Below are positions 18,707 to 26,264 of a stretch of 64,000 nucleotides of DNA, in pieces; within the stretch, counting starts at the first letter, position 1; each line of letters opens with the position of its first letter. The notes under the pieces were generated by a model. That model was not told where the DNA came from. It saw nothing but the letters and a program-made list of their open reading frames with translations, and searched no databases. The DNA lies in assembly GCA_965228475.1 (NCBI GenBank), contig OZ245817.1, positions 788,209 through 852,208 of the forward strand, written 5' to 3'. Both the position numbers and the translations under genes were made by a program. The DNA is from Myxococcota bacterium (GTDB taxonomy: Bacteria; Myxococcota_A; UBA9160; JAFDDA01).

Positions 18707-18831
18707 ACCGCCGGGGCAAGTGGAATAAACGTTCCAGAAAGTTTCTTTTCCTTCAAAATCAAACAATTAGAGCTTTCGGTCATAAAAAAAGCTCCGCCAT
18801 GCCCGCTCGGCTCGGGCCATAATGGGCCCGG
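18707..18831 (+). promoter_or_regulatory. AT-rich intergenic island upstream of the TetR gene (likely promoter/operator region)
   Basis: About 75 nt of roughly 35% GC in a 70% GC context. Contains the palindrome AGAAAGTTTCT and AACGTT. Confidence 0.3.
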
Positions 18832-19548
18832 TTGGCTGGAACCGAAGAGGTGCAGACCGTGGCGATTCCTTCCCTTCCCCAAGCGAGTGAGACCCCCCAA
18901 ACGAACGAGGCGCGGCCGACGAACTCCGCCGAGCGCAAGGCCGAGACGCGACGGCGGATCCTCGCGGCGGCGCGGCCGGTCTTCCTGCGTGAGGGCTTCA
19001 TCTCGGCCAACCTGAACGAGGTGGCCCGCGAGGCCGGCGTCGGGAAGGGCACCCTCTACCGCCACTTCGAGAACAAGGGCGAGCTCTACCTGGCCGTGCT
19101 CTCGGAGAACGGTGAGATCTTCCTCGAGGAGATGCGCAGCGCCATCGACTTCGACGTCTCGGCGCTCGAGCAGATCGAGCAGATCGCCAAGTTCTACGTC
19201 GACTTCTGGGTGCGCCACCCGGAGTACTTCAAGATCACCTGGGCCGTGCAGAACCCGGAGCTGATCGGGCCGATCTCCCCCGAGCTCGAGCGGCGCCTGG
19301 CGGACAGCTTCGAGAAGCCGGTCCGGCTGCTCGAGGCGCTGATCAAGAACGGCGTCGAGCGCGGCGAGCTCCGCCCGTGCGACCCGTGGAACATGGCCAA
19401 CGCGATCGGCATCTGCGGGGGCGCGGCCGTCGGCTACATCATCGGCATGAGCAAGAGCCCGCTCGAGCGCGATGCGCGCGCCGTCTGGGAGCAGATGCTC
19501 GATCTCGCCCTCGCGGGATTGCGGCCGCACCCGACCGACCGGCAGTAG
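18832..19548 (+). CDS. TetR/AcrR family transcriptional regulator
   Basis: HTH region RRRILAAARPVFLREGFISANLNEVAREAGVGKGTLYRHFENKGELY. The start may be the downstream GTG at 18850. Confidence 0.85.
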   Translation: MAGTEEVQTVAIPSLPQASETPQTNEARPTNSAERKAETRRRILAAARPVFLREGFISANLNEVAREAGVGKGTLYRHFENKGELYLAVLSENGEIFLEEMRSAIDFDVSALEQIEQIAKFYVDFWVRHPEYFKITWAVQNPELIGPISPELERRLADSFEKPVRLLEALIKNGVERGELRPCDPWNMANAIGICGGAAVGYIIGMSKSPLERDARAVWEQMLDLALAGLRPHPTDRQ

Positions 19549-19565
19549 CGCGGCCTTCCCTCGAT

Positions 19566-20048
19566 CTAGTGATCGTGGTGTTCGTGCGGGTCGCCGCCCG
19601 CAGCCGCGCGGAGGTCGGCCTCGACCGTCCGTTCGCTGCCGTCGTCGAAGCGGAGCTGCAGCGGCACGGAATCGCCCGAGGGTTCGAGCCCGAACAGCAT
19701 CAGGTGGTAGCCGCCGGGTTCGAAGGTGACGTGAGCGTCCGGCGCGACGGCGACGGATTCGACGCGGCCCATGCGCGCGACGTCGCCCTCGAGCCAGGAA
19801 CGGTGGAGCTCGACGCGGTCCGCGGCGGCGCTCTCGACGGCGACGAGGCTCCGCTCCGCCGAGGTCCCGTTGTGCAGCAGGAAGTAGCCACCCGCCGGGC
19901 CGCTGCCCGCCGGGTTCGGTGCGACCCACGCGTTGGCGACGTGCATCTCGCCCGGGCCTTCCCCGCCCCCGCAGGCCGCGAGGCCGAGCGCCAGGGCGGC
20001 GAAGACCATCCGCGCCGTGCGCCAATGGGTCGGGGCCGCGCGCCTCAT
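19566..20048 (-). CDS. Periplasmic copper chaperone PCu(A)C (DUF461), lipoprotein
   Basis: Exact H-X10-M-X21-H-X-M motif (LHRSWLEGDVARM...GGYHLM). Lipobox LAACGG. His-rich tail DPHEHHDH. Confidence 0.85.
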   Translation of the reverse strand: MRRAAPTHWRTARMVFAALALGLAACGGGEGPGEMHVANAWVAPNPAGSGPAGGYFLLHNGTSAERSLVAVESAAADRVELHRSWLEGDVARMGRVESVAVAPDAHVTFEPGGYHLMLFGLEPSGDSVPLQLRFDDGSERTVEADLRAAAGGDPHEHHDH

Positions 20049-20731
20049 CGCGAAGCCAGACGCCGGATGGCGCGATAGGCCTCCGCCGCCGCCTCCGGCT
20101 CGATGGGCGGCGAGAAGACCGCGTGGAGTTCGGCCTGGGGATCGACGAGCAGCACGGACGCGCTGTGGTCGAAGTCGTACTGCTCCTCGGTGCCGCCGGC
20201 GGCCCGCTCGTGGAAGACCCCGATGGCTCCGGTCAGGCGCGCGAGTTCCTCGGGCTCGCCCATGGCCCCGCGGAAGTCGCCGTCGAAGTGCTCGACGTAC
20301 TTGCGCAGGGTCTCGGGCGCGTCGCGCTCCGGGTCGACGGAGACGAAGACCCACTGGGCGTCGAGCGCCGGGCTCCCGGCCTGGAGCTCCTGGCGCAGGT
20401 CGCGCAGGGCGCCGAGGGTGAGCGGGCAGATGCTCGGGCAGTTCGTGTAGCCGAAGAAGACGAAGCTCCACTCGCCGGTGAAGGCATCGCGCGAGAAGGG
20501 CTGGCCCGCGTCGTCCGTGAGGGTGAACTCCGGAAGCGGCTTCGGGACGGGCAGGACCGTCGCGGCGTTGCCGATCTCCGGCGGGGTCTCGGGGATGGCG
20601 TCGAGCAGCTCCCGGATGAACCAGAGCCCGCCGACGGCGATCAGCAGCCCGATCACCCGCACGCCCCAGCGCAGGGTCGGGTTCTGGTTCGGCGCACGCA
20701 CGAGCTCGTGGGGAGGCGTCTCGCTGCTCAT
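20045..20731 (-). CDS. SCO1/SenC family copper chaperone / thiol-disulfide oxidoreductase
   Basis: N-terminal TM helix, CPSIC (CxxxC) motif and conserved His (FDHSASVLLVD). Overlaps the PCu(A)C start by 4 nt. Confidence 0.85.
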   Translation of the reverse strand: MSSETPPHELVRAPNQNPTLRWGVRVIGLLIAVGGLWFIRELLDAIPETPPEIGNAATVLPVPKPLPEFTLTDDAGQPFSRDAFTGEWSFVFFGYTNCPSICPLTLGALRDLRQELQAGSPALDAQWVFVSVDPERDAPETLRKYVEHFDGDFRGAMGEPEELARLTGAIGVFHERAAGGTEEQYDFDHSASVLLVDPQAELHAVFSPPIEPEAAAEAYRAIRRLASR

Positions 20732-21165
20732 CGCCAACCGATCGGCTGATAGCCGCGCTCGCGCAGGCACATCTCGACGAAGCGGCGCTCGACGGCGTCG
20801 GGCTCGCGCCAGCGGAAGAGGCCCCGGACGAGGCTCCCGGCGCCCGCGGCCGCCGCGCCAGTGGCGGCGCCGATTCCGGCTCCGCCGCCGCGGATGGCGC
20901 CGGCCGCCGCGCCCGCCGCGGCACCCGTGGCCGCGCCCGTCGCGGTTCCGCCGGCGAGCCGCCCGGCGCGGCCCGTTCCGGCGCCCGCCGCGTCGGCCCA
21001 ATCCCGGCACTGGTCGATGTCGAACTCCGCGCCCTCGGGGCCGCGGTCGTAGTAGGTGGCGTTCGGGTAGAGCACGGGCTTCTTGCTGCAGGCGGGAAGC
21101 CCGAGGCACAGGAGCGCGGCCGATGCGTAGGCGAGGTGCCGCGGCCTTCGCGGGGATTGTCGCAT
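20728..21165 (-). CDS. Glycine-zipper lipoprotein
   Basis: Lipobox LGLPACS. Contains a long Gly/Ala/Thr zipper (GGTATGAATGAAAGAAAGAIRGGGAGIGAATGAAAAGAG). Overlaps the SCO1 start by 4 nt. Confidence 0.65.
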   Translation of the reverse strand: MRQSPRRPRHLAYASAALLCLGLPACSKKPVLYPNATYYDRGPEGAEFDIDQCRDWADAAGAGTGRAGRLAGGTATGAATGAAAGAAAGAIRGGGAGIGAATGAAAAGAGSLVRGLFRWREPDAVERRFVEMCLRERGYQPIGWR

Positions 21166-21222
21166 GGCGGAAACGTAACACCCCCGGCGGGGCGCGGCTT
21201 GGCGCGGCGGCCTTCGGTGCTG

Positions 21223-21621
21223 CTAGCCGACGCTCTCGACGTCGCCGCCCCGGGTGTGCGGTGCGGCGTCCGCGAAGCCGACCCCGCAGTGGGCGCAACG
21301 CCGGCGAAACGGGGAGGGCGCGTGGTCCGGGGCTTCCCCGAAGAAGGCCTTCGCGCAGCGCGGGCACTCGCAGGAGAGGAGCTCGCAGACCTCGTCGACG
21401 AAGTGGATCGCGGCGAGGGAGAAGAGGCCGGTCGCGGCCAGGAACAGGAACTGGAGGTCGAGCGGGTTCTCGGCCAGGGCACCGGCGCCGAGCACCAGGA
21501 CCGCCGCCGAGGCGAGCAGTCCCGGCGCCTGGACGAGCAGGCTGCGGCGCTTGCGCGAGAGCCGGGCGAGTTCCTCGCGGGCGTTCGCGGCGGGCCCGAG
21601 CTCGATCGGTGCGGTCTCCAT
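21223..21621 (-). CDS. Hypothetical membrane protein with C-terminal Cys4 zinc-ribbon-like motif
   Basis: ATG at 21621. Two TM helices, then CECPRC...CAHC. Confidence 0.5.
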   Translation of the reverse strand: METAPIELGPAANAREELARLSRKRRSLLVQAPGLLASAAVLVLGAGALAENPLDLQFLFLAATGLFSLAAIHFVDEVCELLSCECPRCAKAFFGEAPDHAPSPFRRRCAHCGVGFADAAPHTRGGDVESVG

Positions 21622-21649
21622 GCCCTCCGGATCGGCCGCGCCGCCTTCC

Positions 21650-21712
21650 GGCTTGAATTCGGCTCGATCAGGCTTGAATTCGGCTGAATCCGGCTCGAAT
21701 TCCGCCGCCGAC
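21650..21712. repeat. Three tandem 21-nt units, each carrying GAATTC
   Basis: GAATTC occurs at 21655, 21676 and 21697, with exact 21-nt spacing. The units read GGCTTGAATTCGGCT / GGCTTGAATTCGGCT / GGCTCGAATTCCGCC. The repeat lies between the AAC(6')-like stop and the next gene. Confidence 0.8.
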
Positions 21713-22162
21713 CTAGAGCGTCTTTCGGAAACAGACGATCCGCGCCGTCTCTTCGAAGCCGAGGGCGCGGTGGGCGGCGTGGCTCGCCTCGTTCGTGAGC
21801 AGCGCATCGCTCGCGATCTCGCGGAAGCCCCGCTCCCGGGCCCAGGCCTCGGCGGCGCCCATCAAGCGGGCACCGACTCCGCGCCCCCGTGCGCCCGGTT
21901 CGACCCACCAGCCCTCGACGTAGGGGACCGGGGAGCTCTCGCAGTCTTCGGCGTAGGAGCGGAGGCCCAGCTCGAGGAAGGCCTCGAGCTGCCCCGGGGC
22001 CCCCTCCGCGACGAAGACCTCGCCCCCGCGCCGCTCCCCGCCGAGGAAGGCGTCGATCGCCTCCGGATGCTCCTCGGCATCCTCGGGCCAGAGGGCCGTT
22101 CGCATCCGCAGCCACGCGGCGCGGTCCCCAGGGCCCACGGTTCGGACGTTCCCGATGGCCAT
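21713..22162 (-). CDS. GNAT acetyltransferase of the aminoglycoside 6'-N-acetyltransferase AAC(6')-I family
   Basis: 149 aa. LWPE...CESSPVPYVEGWWVEPGARGRGVGARL...FREIASDALLTNEASHAAHRALGFEETARIVCFRKTL parallels AAC(6')-Iy/Ig-type enzymes. Confidence 0.7.
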   Translation of the reverse strand: MAIGNVRTVGPGDRAAWLRMRTALWPEDAEEHPEAIDAFLGGERRGGEVFVAEGAPGQLEAFLELGLRSYAEDCESSPVPYVEGWWVEPGARGRGVGARLMGAAEAWARERGFREIASDALLTNEASHAAHRALGFEETARIVCFRKTL

Positions 22163-22189
22163 GGGGCCTTCCTGCTAGAATGGGCAGCC

Positions 22190-22738
22190 ATGAAGCCCGA
22201 AGATTGCGTTCTGTTCAGCGGGGCCGCCAGCGGCGCCGAGGCCGCCTTCGGCGAAGCGGCCGAGCGCGCTGGCATCGACGAAGTGAACTACACCTTCGAG
22301 GGGCACAAGGATGCGCGCACGCGCGGCCTCCGCGTGCTGACCCACGAAGAGCTCGCCCAGGGCGACGTGAGCCTCGCCTACGTCAGTAAGCTCATGCACC
22401 GCCACTACAAGGACACGCCGCTCTTCCGCAAGGTGCTCCAGAGCATCTGGCACCAGGTGAACCAGGGCCAGGAGATCTACGTCGTCGGGCGGATCCTCGA
22501 CGATGCCACAGTGAAGGGCGGCACCGGCTGGGGCGCGGAGTTCGCGAAGCTCTGCAACAAGCCGCTCTACGTGTTCGATCAGCCCAAGGCCGATTGGTTC
22601 CACTGGGACGGCGAGGACTGGCAGCCCGGCGCCAAGCCCACCGTCACCCACCCGCACTTCACCGGAACGGGGACGCGCTTCCTCGAGGACGCCGGCCGCC
22701 AGGCCATCGACGACCTCTTCTCACGATCCTTCGGCTGA
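22190..22738 (+). CDS. Hypothetical protein, possibly Rossmann-like (SLOG/DprA-like) fold
   Basis: ATG at 22190. VLFSGAASGAEAAFGEAAERAGI...IYVVG...GGTGWGAEFAKLCNKPLYVFD resembles nucleotide-binding SLOG-type N-terminal patterns. The family was not identified. Confidence 0.45.
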   Translation: MKPEDCVLFSGAASGAEAAFGEAAERAGIDEVNYTFEGHKDARTRGLRVLTHEELAQGDVSLAYVSKLMHRHYKDTPLFRKVLQSIWHQVNQGQEIYVVGRILDDATVKGGTGWGAEFAKLCNKPLYVFDQPKADWFHWDGEDWQPGAKPTVTHPHFTGTGTRFLEDAGRQAIDDLFSRSFG

Positions 22739-23155
22739 ATCCGCGCCGCCGCGGCGCGAGGTGCGCTCCACCACGGCGTCGAGCCGTCGGTCGATCGCTT
22801 CCTTCGCGTGGGCGGTGACGCCGCCCTTCTCGACCTGCTCCGCGAGCAGGACTTCGAGCTTCTCCACGACCCGGTCGACGTTGCGATCGCTCGCGTGGGG
22901 CGAGCGCGGCTCGATGCGGTCCGCCGCGCCGAACAGATCGATGAAGCGCTCGCTGCGCCGCGCCGCGACGAGGGTCTCGTAGAAGTAGGGCCGCGGGCGG
23001 TCTCCGGAGAGGAGATCGAGCAGCGCCGCGAAGAGCGAGATCGGCGAGAGCAGCACGTCGCGCAGGGCGTCGAGGGCGAGCTTCACCTGGAAGACGAGGA
23101 CGTCGCGGATCAGGTCCCAGCGCTCGGGCGCCGGAGGGGCTTCGGGTCCGGCCAT
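22721..23155 (-). CDS. Hypothetical small membrane-associated protein
   Basis: ATG at 23155. 144 aa with one hydrophobic segment (LLSPISLFAALLDLL). Its 3' end overlaps the convergent gene by 18 nt. Confidence 0.4.
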   Translation of the reverse strand: MAGPEAPPAPERWDLIRDVLVFQVKLALDALRDVLLSPISLFAALLDLLSGDRPRPYFYETLVAARRSERFIDLFGAADRIEPRSPHASDRNVDRVVEKLEVLLAEQVEKGGVTAHAKEAIDRRLDAVVERTSRRGGADSAEGS

Positions 23156-23263
23156 GGCTCCTCCTCGAGGGCGGCGGGCGTGGCCGCTCGCCGAGACTAC
23201 CCCGCGGAATGCGGGGAGCGGTAGCCTTCCCTCGCGAAGCCACCCCGAGCCCGAGAGGTCCCC

Positions 23264-24151
23264 ATGCCCGAACCGTCCGAACCCGTCCGCTACGAAGAGC
23301 GCGGCGCCATCGCCATTCTCACGATCGACCGGCCCGAGAAGCTGAACACCCTGACCGAAGGCGTGGTCCAGGGCGTGGCCGACGGGATCGACCGGGCAAC
23401 CGCCTCGCGCGAGGTGCGCGCCATCGTCCTGCGCGGCGAAGGGCGCACCTTCACCGCGGGCTACGACCTGACGGGCGGCGGCGAGGACGGCGGGAGCGGC
23501 GGCGGCTGGAAGAGCCCCTTCGACGCGCCGGGCCCGGAGCCGCGCGAGGGCGCCTGGGACCCGGTGCGCGACTACCAGTTCATGAACCGCAACGTCGAGC
23601 GCTTCATGAAGATCTGGCACTGCCCGAAGCCGGTGATCGGCCAGATCCACGGCTTCGCCGTCGGCGGCGCCACGGACCTCGTGCTCTGCTGCGACCAGCT
23701 CTTCATGGCCGAGGACGCCTTCATCGGATACGCGCCCTCGCGCATCTTCGGCACGCCGACGACGATGCTCTGGGTCTACCGCCTCGGCCTCGAGCACGCG
23801 AAGCAGTTCCTGCTCTCGGGCAAGGCGATCGATGCGGCGACGGCCCTGCGCATCGGGCTCGTCTCGGAGGTCCACCCGGCCGAGGAGCTTCCCGCGCGCG
23901 TCGAGGAGCACGCCGAGCGCTTCCGCCACATCCCCGCCAACCAGCTCGCGCTGAACAAGCTCCTCATCAACCAGGCCTTCGAGAACATGGGCCTGCGCAC
24001 GACCCAGCTCCTCGGGACCTTCTTCGACGGCGTCACGCGCCACACCGAGGAGGCCTACCGCTGGGTCGAGGCCTTCCAGGAGAAGGGCTTCCGCGAAGTC
24101 ATCCGCGAACGCGACGCGCCCTTCGGGGACTACGGGGAACGGAAGCGCTAG
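23264..24151 (+). CDS. Enoyl-CoA hydratase/isomerase (crotonase) family protein
   Basis: AIAILTIDRPEKLNTL...FTAGYDL...PVIGQIHGFAVGGATDLVLCCD is a crotonase signature. Confidence 0.8.
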   Translation: MPEPSEPVRYEERGAIAILTIDRPEKLNTLTEGVVQGVADGIDRATASREVRAIVLRGEGRTFTAGYDLTGGGEDGGSGGGWKSPFDAPGPEPREGAWDPVRDYQFMNRNVERFMKIWHCPKPVIGQIHGFAVGGATDLVLCCDQLFMAEDAFIGYAPSRIFGTPTTMLWVYRLGLEHAKQFLLSGKAIDAATALRIGLVSEVHPAEELPARVEEHAERFRHIPANQLALNKLLINQAFENMGLRTTQLLGTFFDGVTRHTEEAYRWVEAFQEKGFREVIRERDAPFGDYGERKR

Positions 24152-25119
24152 GAGCTGGGCGCGGCGGGCCCCGGCCGGCCGCCGGTGAAGCCCGGCAGGA
24201 AGAGCTGGAAGTCGTCGACGTTCACGAAGTCGTCGCCGCTCATGTCGATGCCCTGGTTCCCGGGGTCCTGGCCGAGCACGAAGGCCGGCAGGAACAGATT
24301 GAAGTCGGCGACGTTGCAGAAGCCGTCGTTGTCGAAGTCGCAATCACACGGGTCGCCGACGCCGTCGGCGTCGCGGTCGGTCTGGTTGCCGAGGGCATCG
24401 TTCTCAGGCCCGTTCGGGACGTTCGTGCAGTTGTCGGTTGCGTCCGGGACCCCGTCGGAGTCCGCGTCGGCCATCTGGGCGGTGGGTGCGATGGCGAAGA
24501 ACTCGAGCTCCCAGACCTGGTTGAGGCCGACTGGTCCCGAAGAGGCGTTGACGCTCGCAAAGGTCCGCAGGGGCACCTGGACGGTATCGCCTGCGATGAA
24601 CTCGAGAAGTGTCGAGGATGGCAAGGAGCCTCGCTCGACCTGCGGAGGGCCATTGGAGGCGAGCGCGGCAGTCCCGGCCAGGGCCGTGCTCGTGTAGTAA
24701 GCGGTCCCCGGTCCTGTGCCGATGTTGACACTTGCGCCGCTTGACGACGACTCGTTGGAGTCGGAGATCGATCGAAGCCGAAGACCCAATGTCGTAGTGG
24801 GTTGACCGAACTCAGGGACGGAGAACTCGACGACTTGGTCGCCTTCCAGGAAGACGATGCCACTTTGCATTCCCTGGATCTGAAAACGCAACGATTGTTG
24901 TCCGAACGTCAGGCCGGCAACGCCAGATCCACCCGGAGAGTTCCAGGGGAGTGCCAAGTCTCCCGCACCGCTTGTGTCGAAGCTGTTGTTCGACGCTGTG
25001 ACCTTCAACGAAGCCCCGACAGGAGAGATATCGACGGGAACCAATTCGACGGCAACTGCCGACCCGGCGAGTACAGTCAGAAAGGGGAGGAGCAAGAAGG
25101 GTCGCGAACGGGGGTACAT
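24148..25119 (-). CDS. Secreted protein with thrombospondin type-3 and dockerin/EF-hand-like Ca-binding repeats
   Basis: ATG at 25119 with AGGAG upstream, plus a signal peptide. Contains DADSDGVPDATDNC and DRDADGVGDPCD, then DFDNDGFCNVADFNLFLPAF and DMSGDDFVNVDDFQLFLPGF. Confidence 0.65.
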   Translation of the reverse strand: MYPRSRPFLLLPFLTVLAGSAVAVELVPVDISPVGASLKVTASNNSFDTSGAGDLALPWNSPGGSGVAGLTFGQQSLRFQIQGMQSGIVFLEGDQVVEFSVPEFGQPTTTLGLRLRSISDSNESSSSGASVNIGTGPGTAYYTSTALAGTAALASNGPPQVERGSLPSSTLLEFIAGDTVQVPLRTFASVNASSGPVGLNQVWELEFFAIAPTAQMADADSDGVPDATDNCTNVPNGPENDALGNQTDRDADGVGDPCDCDFDNDGFCNVADFNLFLPAFVLGQDPGNQGIDMSGDDFVNVDDFQLFLPGFTGGRPGPAAPSS

Positions 25120-25167
25120 CGAGTCTCCTGACCCCACCCCCGGGTCGGAGATCGTATCACGGGGCGG

Positions 25168-25923
25168 CTAGCGCTCGGCGACGAAGAGGCGGTAGCCGCA
25201 GTCGAGGGTGTCGCGCTCGAGGAGGTCGGCGTGGCGGTCGTGCCAGCGGCCGCCCTCGAGGTCGTCGCGGAGCTGGGAGATGCCGCGTGCGACCACTTCT
25301 GGCGCGAGCTTCGCGATGCTCGAGATCGAGGCGCGCACCTCGGGGTCGAGGTAGCGCTCGGGGCGGCGCCAGTAGCAGGCGAGGAAGCCGTCGACGCAGT
25401 CCCAGGGCACGAGGATCGGTTCGACGCGCGCGCCGCCCAGGCCGCGGGTGACCTGTTCGACGGTCGGAGCGTCGGCGTCGACGTCTTCGATCTCGGGCAG
25501 GTACTCGACGAGCCAGAAGGCGTCGTGGGGCTTCGGGTCGAAGCCGAAGATGACGTTGCGGGGCGCCACCCGGCGCATCTCGGCGAGGCCGGCGTCGAGG
25601 TCGGTCCAGTGGTGGATGGTGAGGACGGCGAGCGTGGCGTCGAAGGCGTCGTCGGGGAACGGGAGGGCTTCGCCGACGCCGCGCACGGCCGCGCGCGTGC
25701 GCTGGGCGAGCATCTCACGCGAGGGCTCGACGGCGGTCACTTCGCAGCCGGCCGGTTCGTAGGAGCCCGTGCCGGCGCCGACGTTGCAGATGCGCCGGGC
25801 GCCGCCGAGGGCCGCGTCGAGCTGGGCCTGGATGCGCGGGTCGGGCCGGCGATGGCGCGCGTAGCCGCGCCCGATCTCGTCGTAGACGTCCGGGTGGGAT
25901 TCGTAGGCGCCCGGCTCCGTCAC
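25168..25923 (-). CDS. Class I SAM-dependent methyltransferase
   Basis: The GTG start overlaps the thioredoxin stop (GTGA). Motif I is ICNVGAGTGSYE. Confidence 0.7.
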   Translation of the reverse strand: MTEPGAYESHPDVYDEIGRGYARHRRPDPRIQAQLDAALGGARRICNVGAGTGSYEPAGCEVTAVEPSREMLAQRTRAAVRGVGEALPFPDDAFDATLAVLTIHHWTDLDAGLAEMRRVAPRNVIFGFDPKPHDAFWLVEYLPEIEDVDADAPTVEQVTRGLGGARVEPILVPWDCVDGFLACYWRRPERYLDPEVRASISSIAKLAPEVVARGISQLRDDLEGGRWHDRHADLLERDTLDCGYRLFVAER

Positions 25924-26243
25924 TGCGCCTGGCCGAGCAGCGCGCTGAACTCGGACTTCGGCCGCGCGCCGACGAGCTGCCCGCGGACGACCCCGCCTTG
26001 GAAGAGCAGCACGGTCGGCATGGCACGCACGGCGTAGCGGGAGGACGTCGCCATGTTCTCGGCGGCGTGGATCTTCACGATCTTGGCCTTCCCGGCGTGC
26101 TCGTCGGCGAGCTCCGAGAGGATCGGCGAGATCTGACGGCAGGCCGGGCAGTGGTCGCCCCAGAAATCGACGAGCACCGGCACGTCGCTCTCGACGACCT
26201 CGCGCTCGAAGGATTCGTCGGTCACGTCGCGCAGCTCGGCCAT
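25920..26243 (-). CDS. Thioredoxin
   Basis: 107 aa. VLVDFWGDHCPACRQISP...VRAMPTVLLFQGG, with CPAC as the active-site variant. Confidence 0.85.
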   Translation of the reverse strand: MAELRDVTDESFEREVVESDVPVLVDFWGDHCPACRQISPILSELADEHAGKAKIVKIHAAENMATSSRYAVRAMPTVLLFQGGVVRGQLVGARPKSEFSALLGQAQ

Positions 26244-26264
26244 CGTCCGCTCCTCTCGGTGGGA

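Noticed and set aside
19566-22115. 849-aa read-through ORF; the same applies to 41184-44204 (1006 aa), 25168-27612, 29553-31061 and 62133-63920
   Set aside because: Only the 3' portions show real protein features (PCu(A)C, ACAD, methyltransferase, DUF454, rhodanese), and these have internal ATG or GTG starts preceded by SD sequences. The upstream parts overlap other well-supported genes in different frames.
21713-22162. AAC(6')-like gene as part of an acquired resistance island
   Set aside because: No integrase, transposase, attC-like site or compositional break flanks it.
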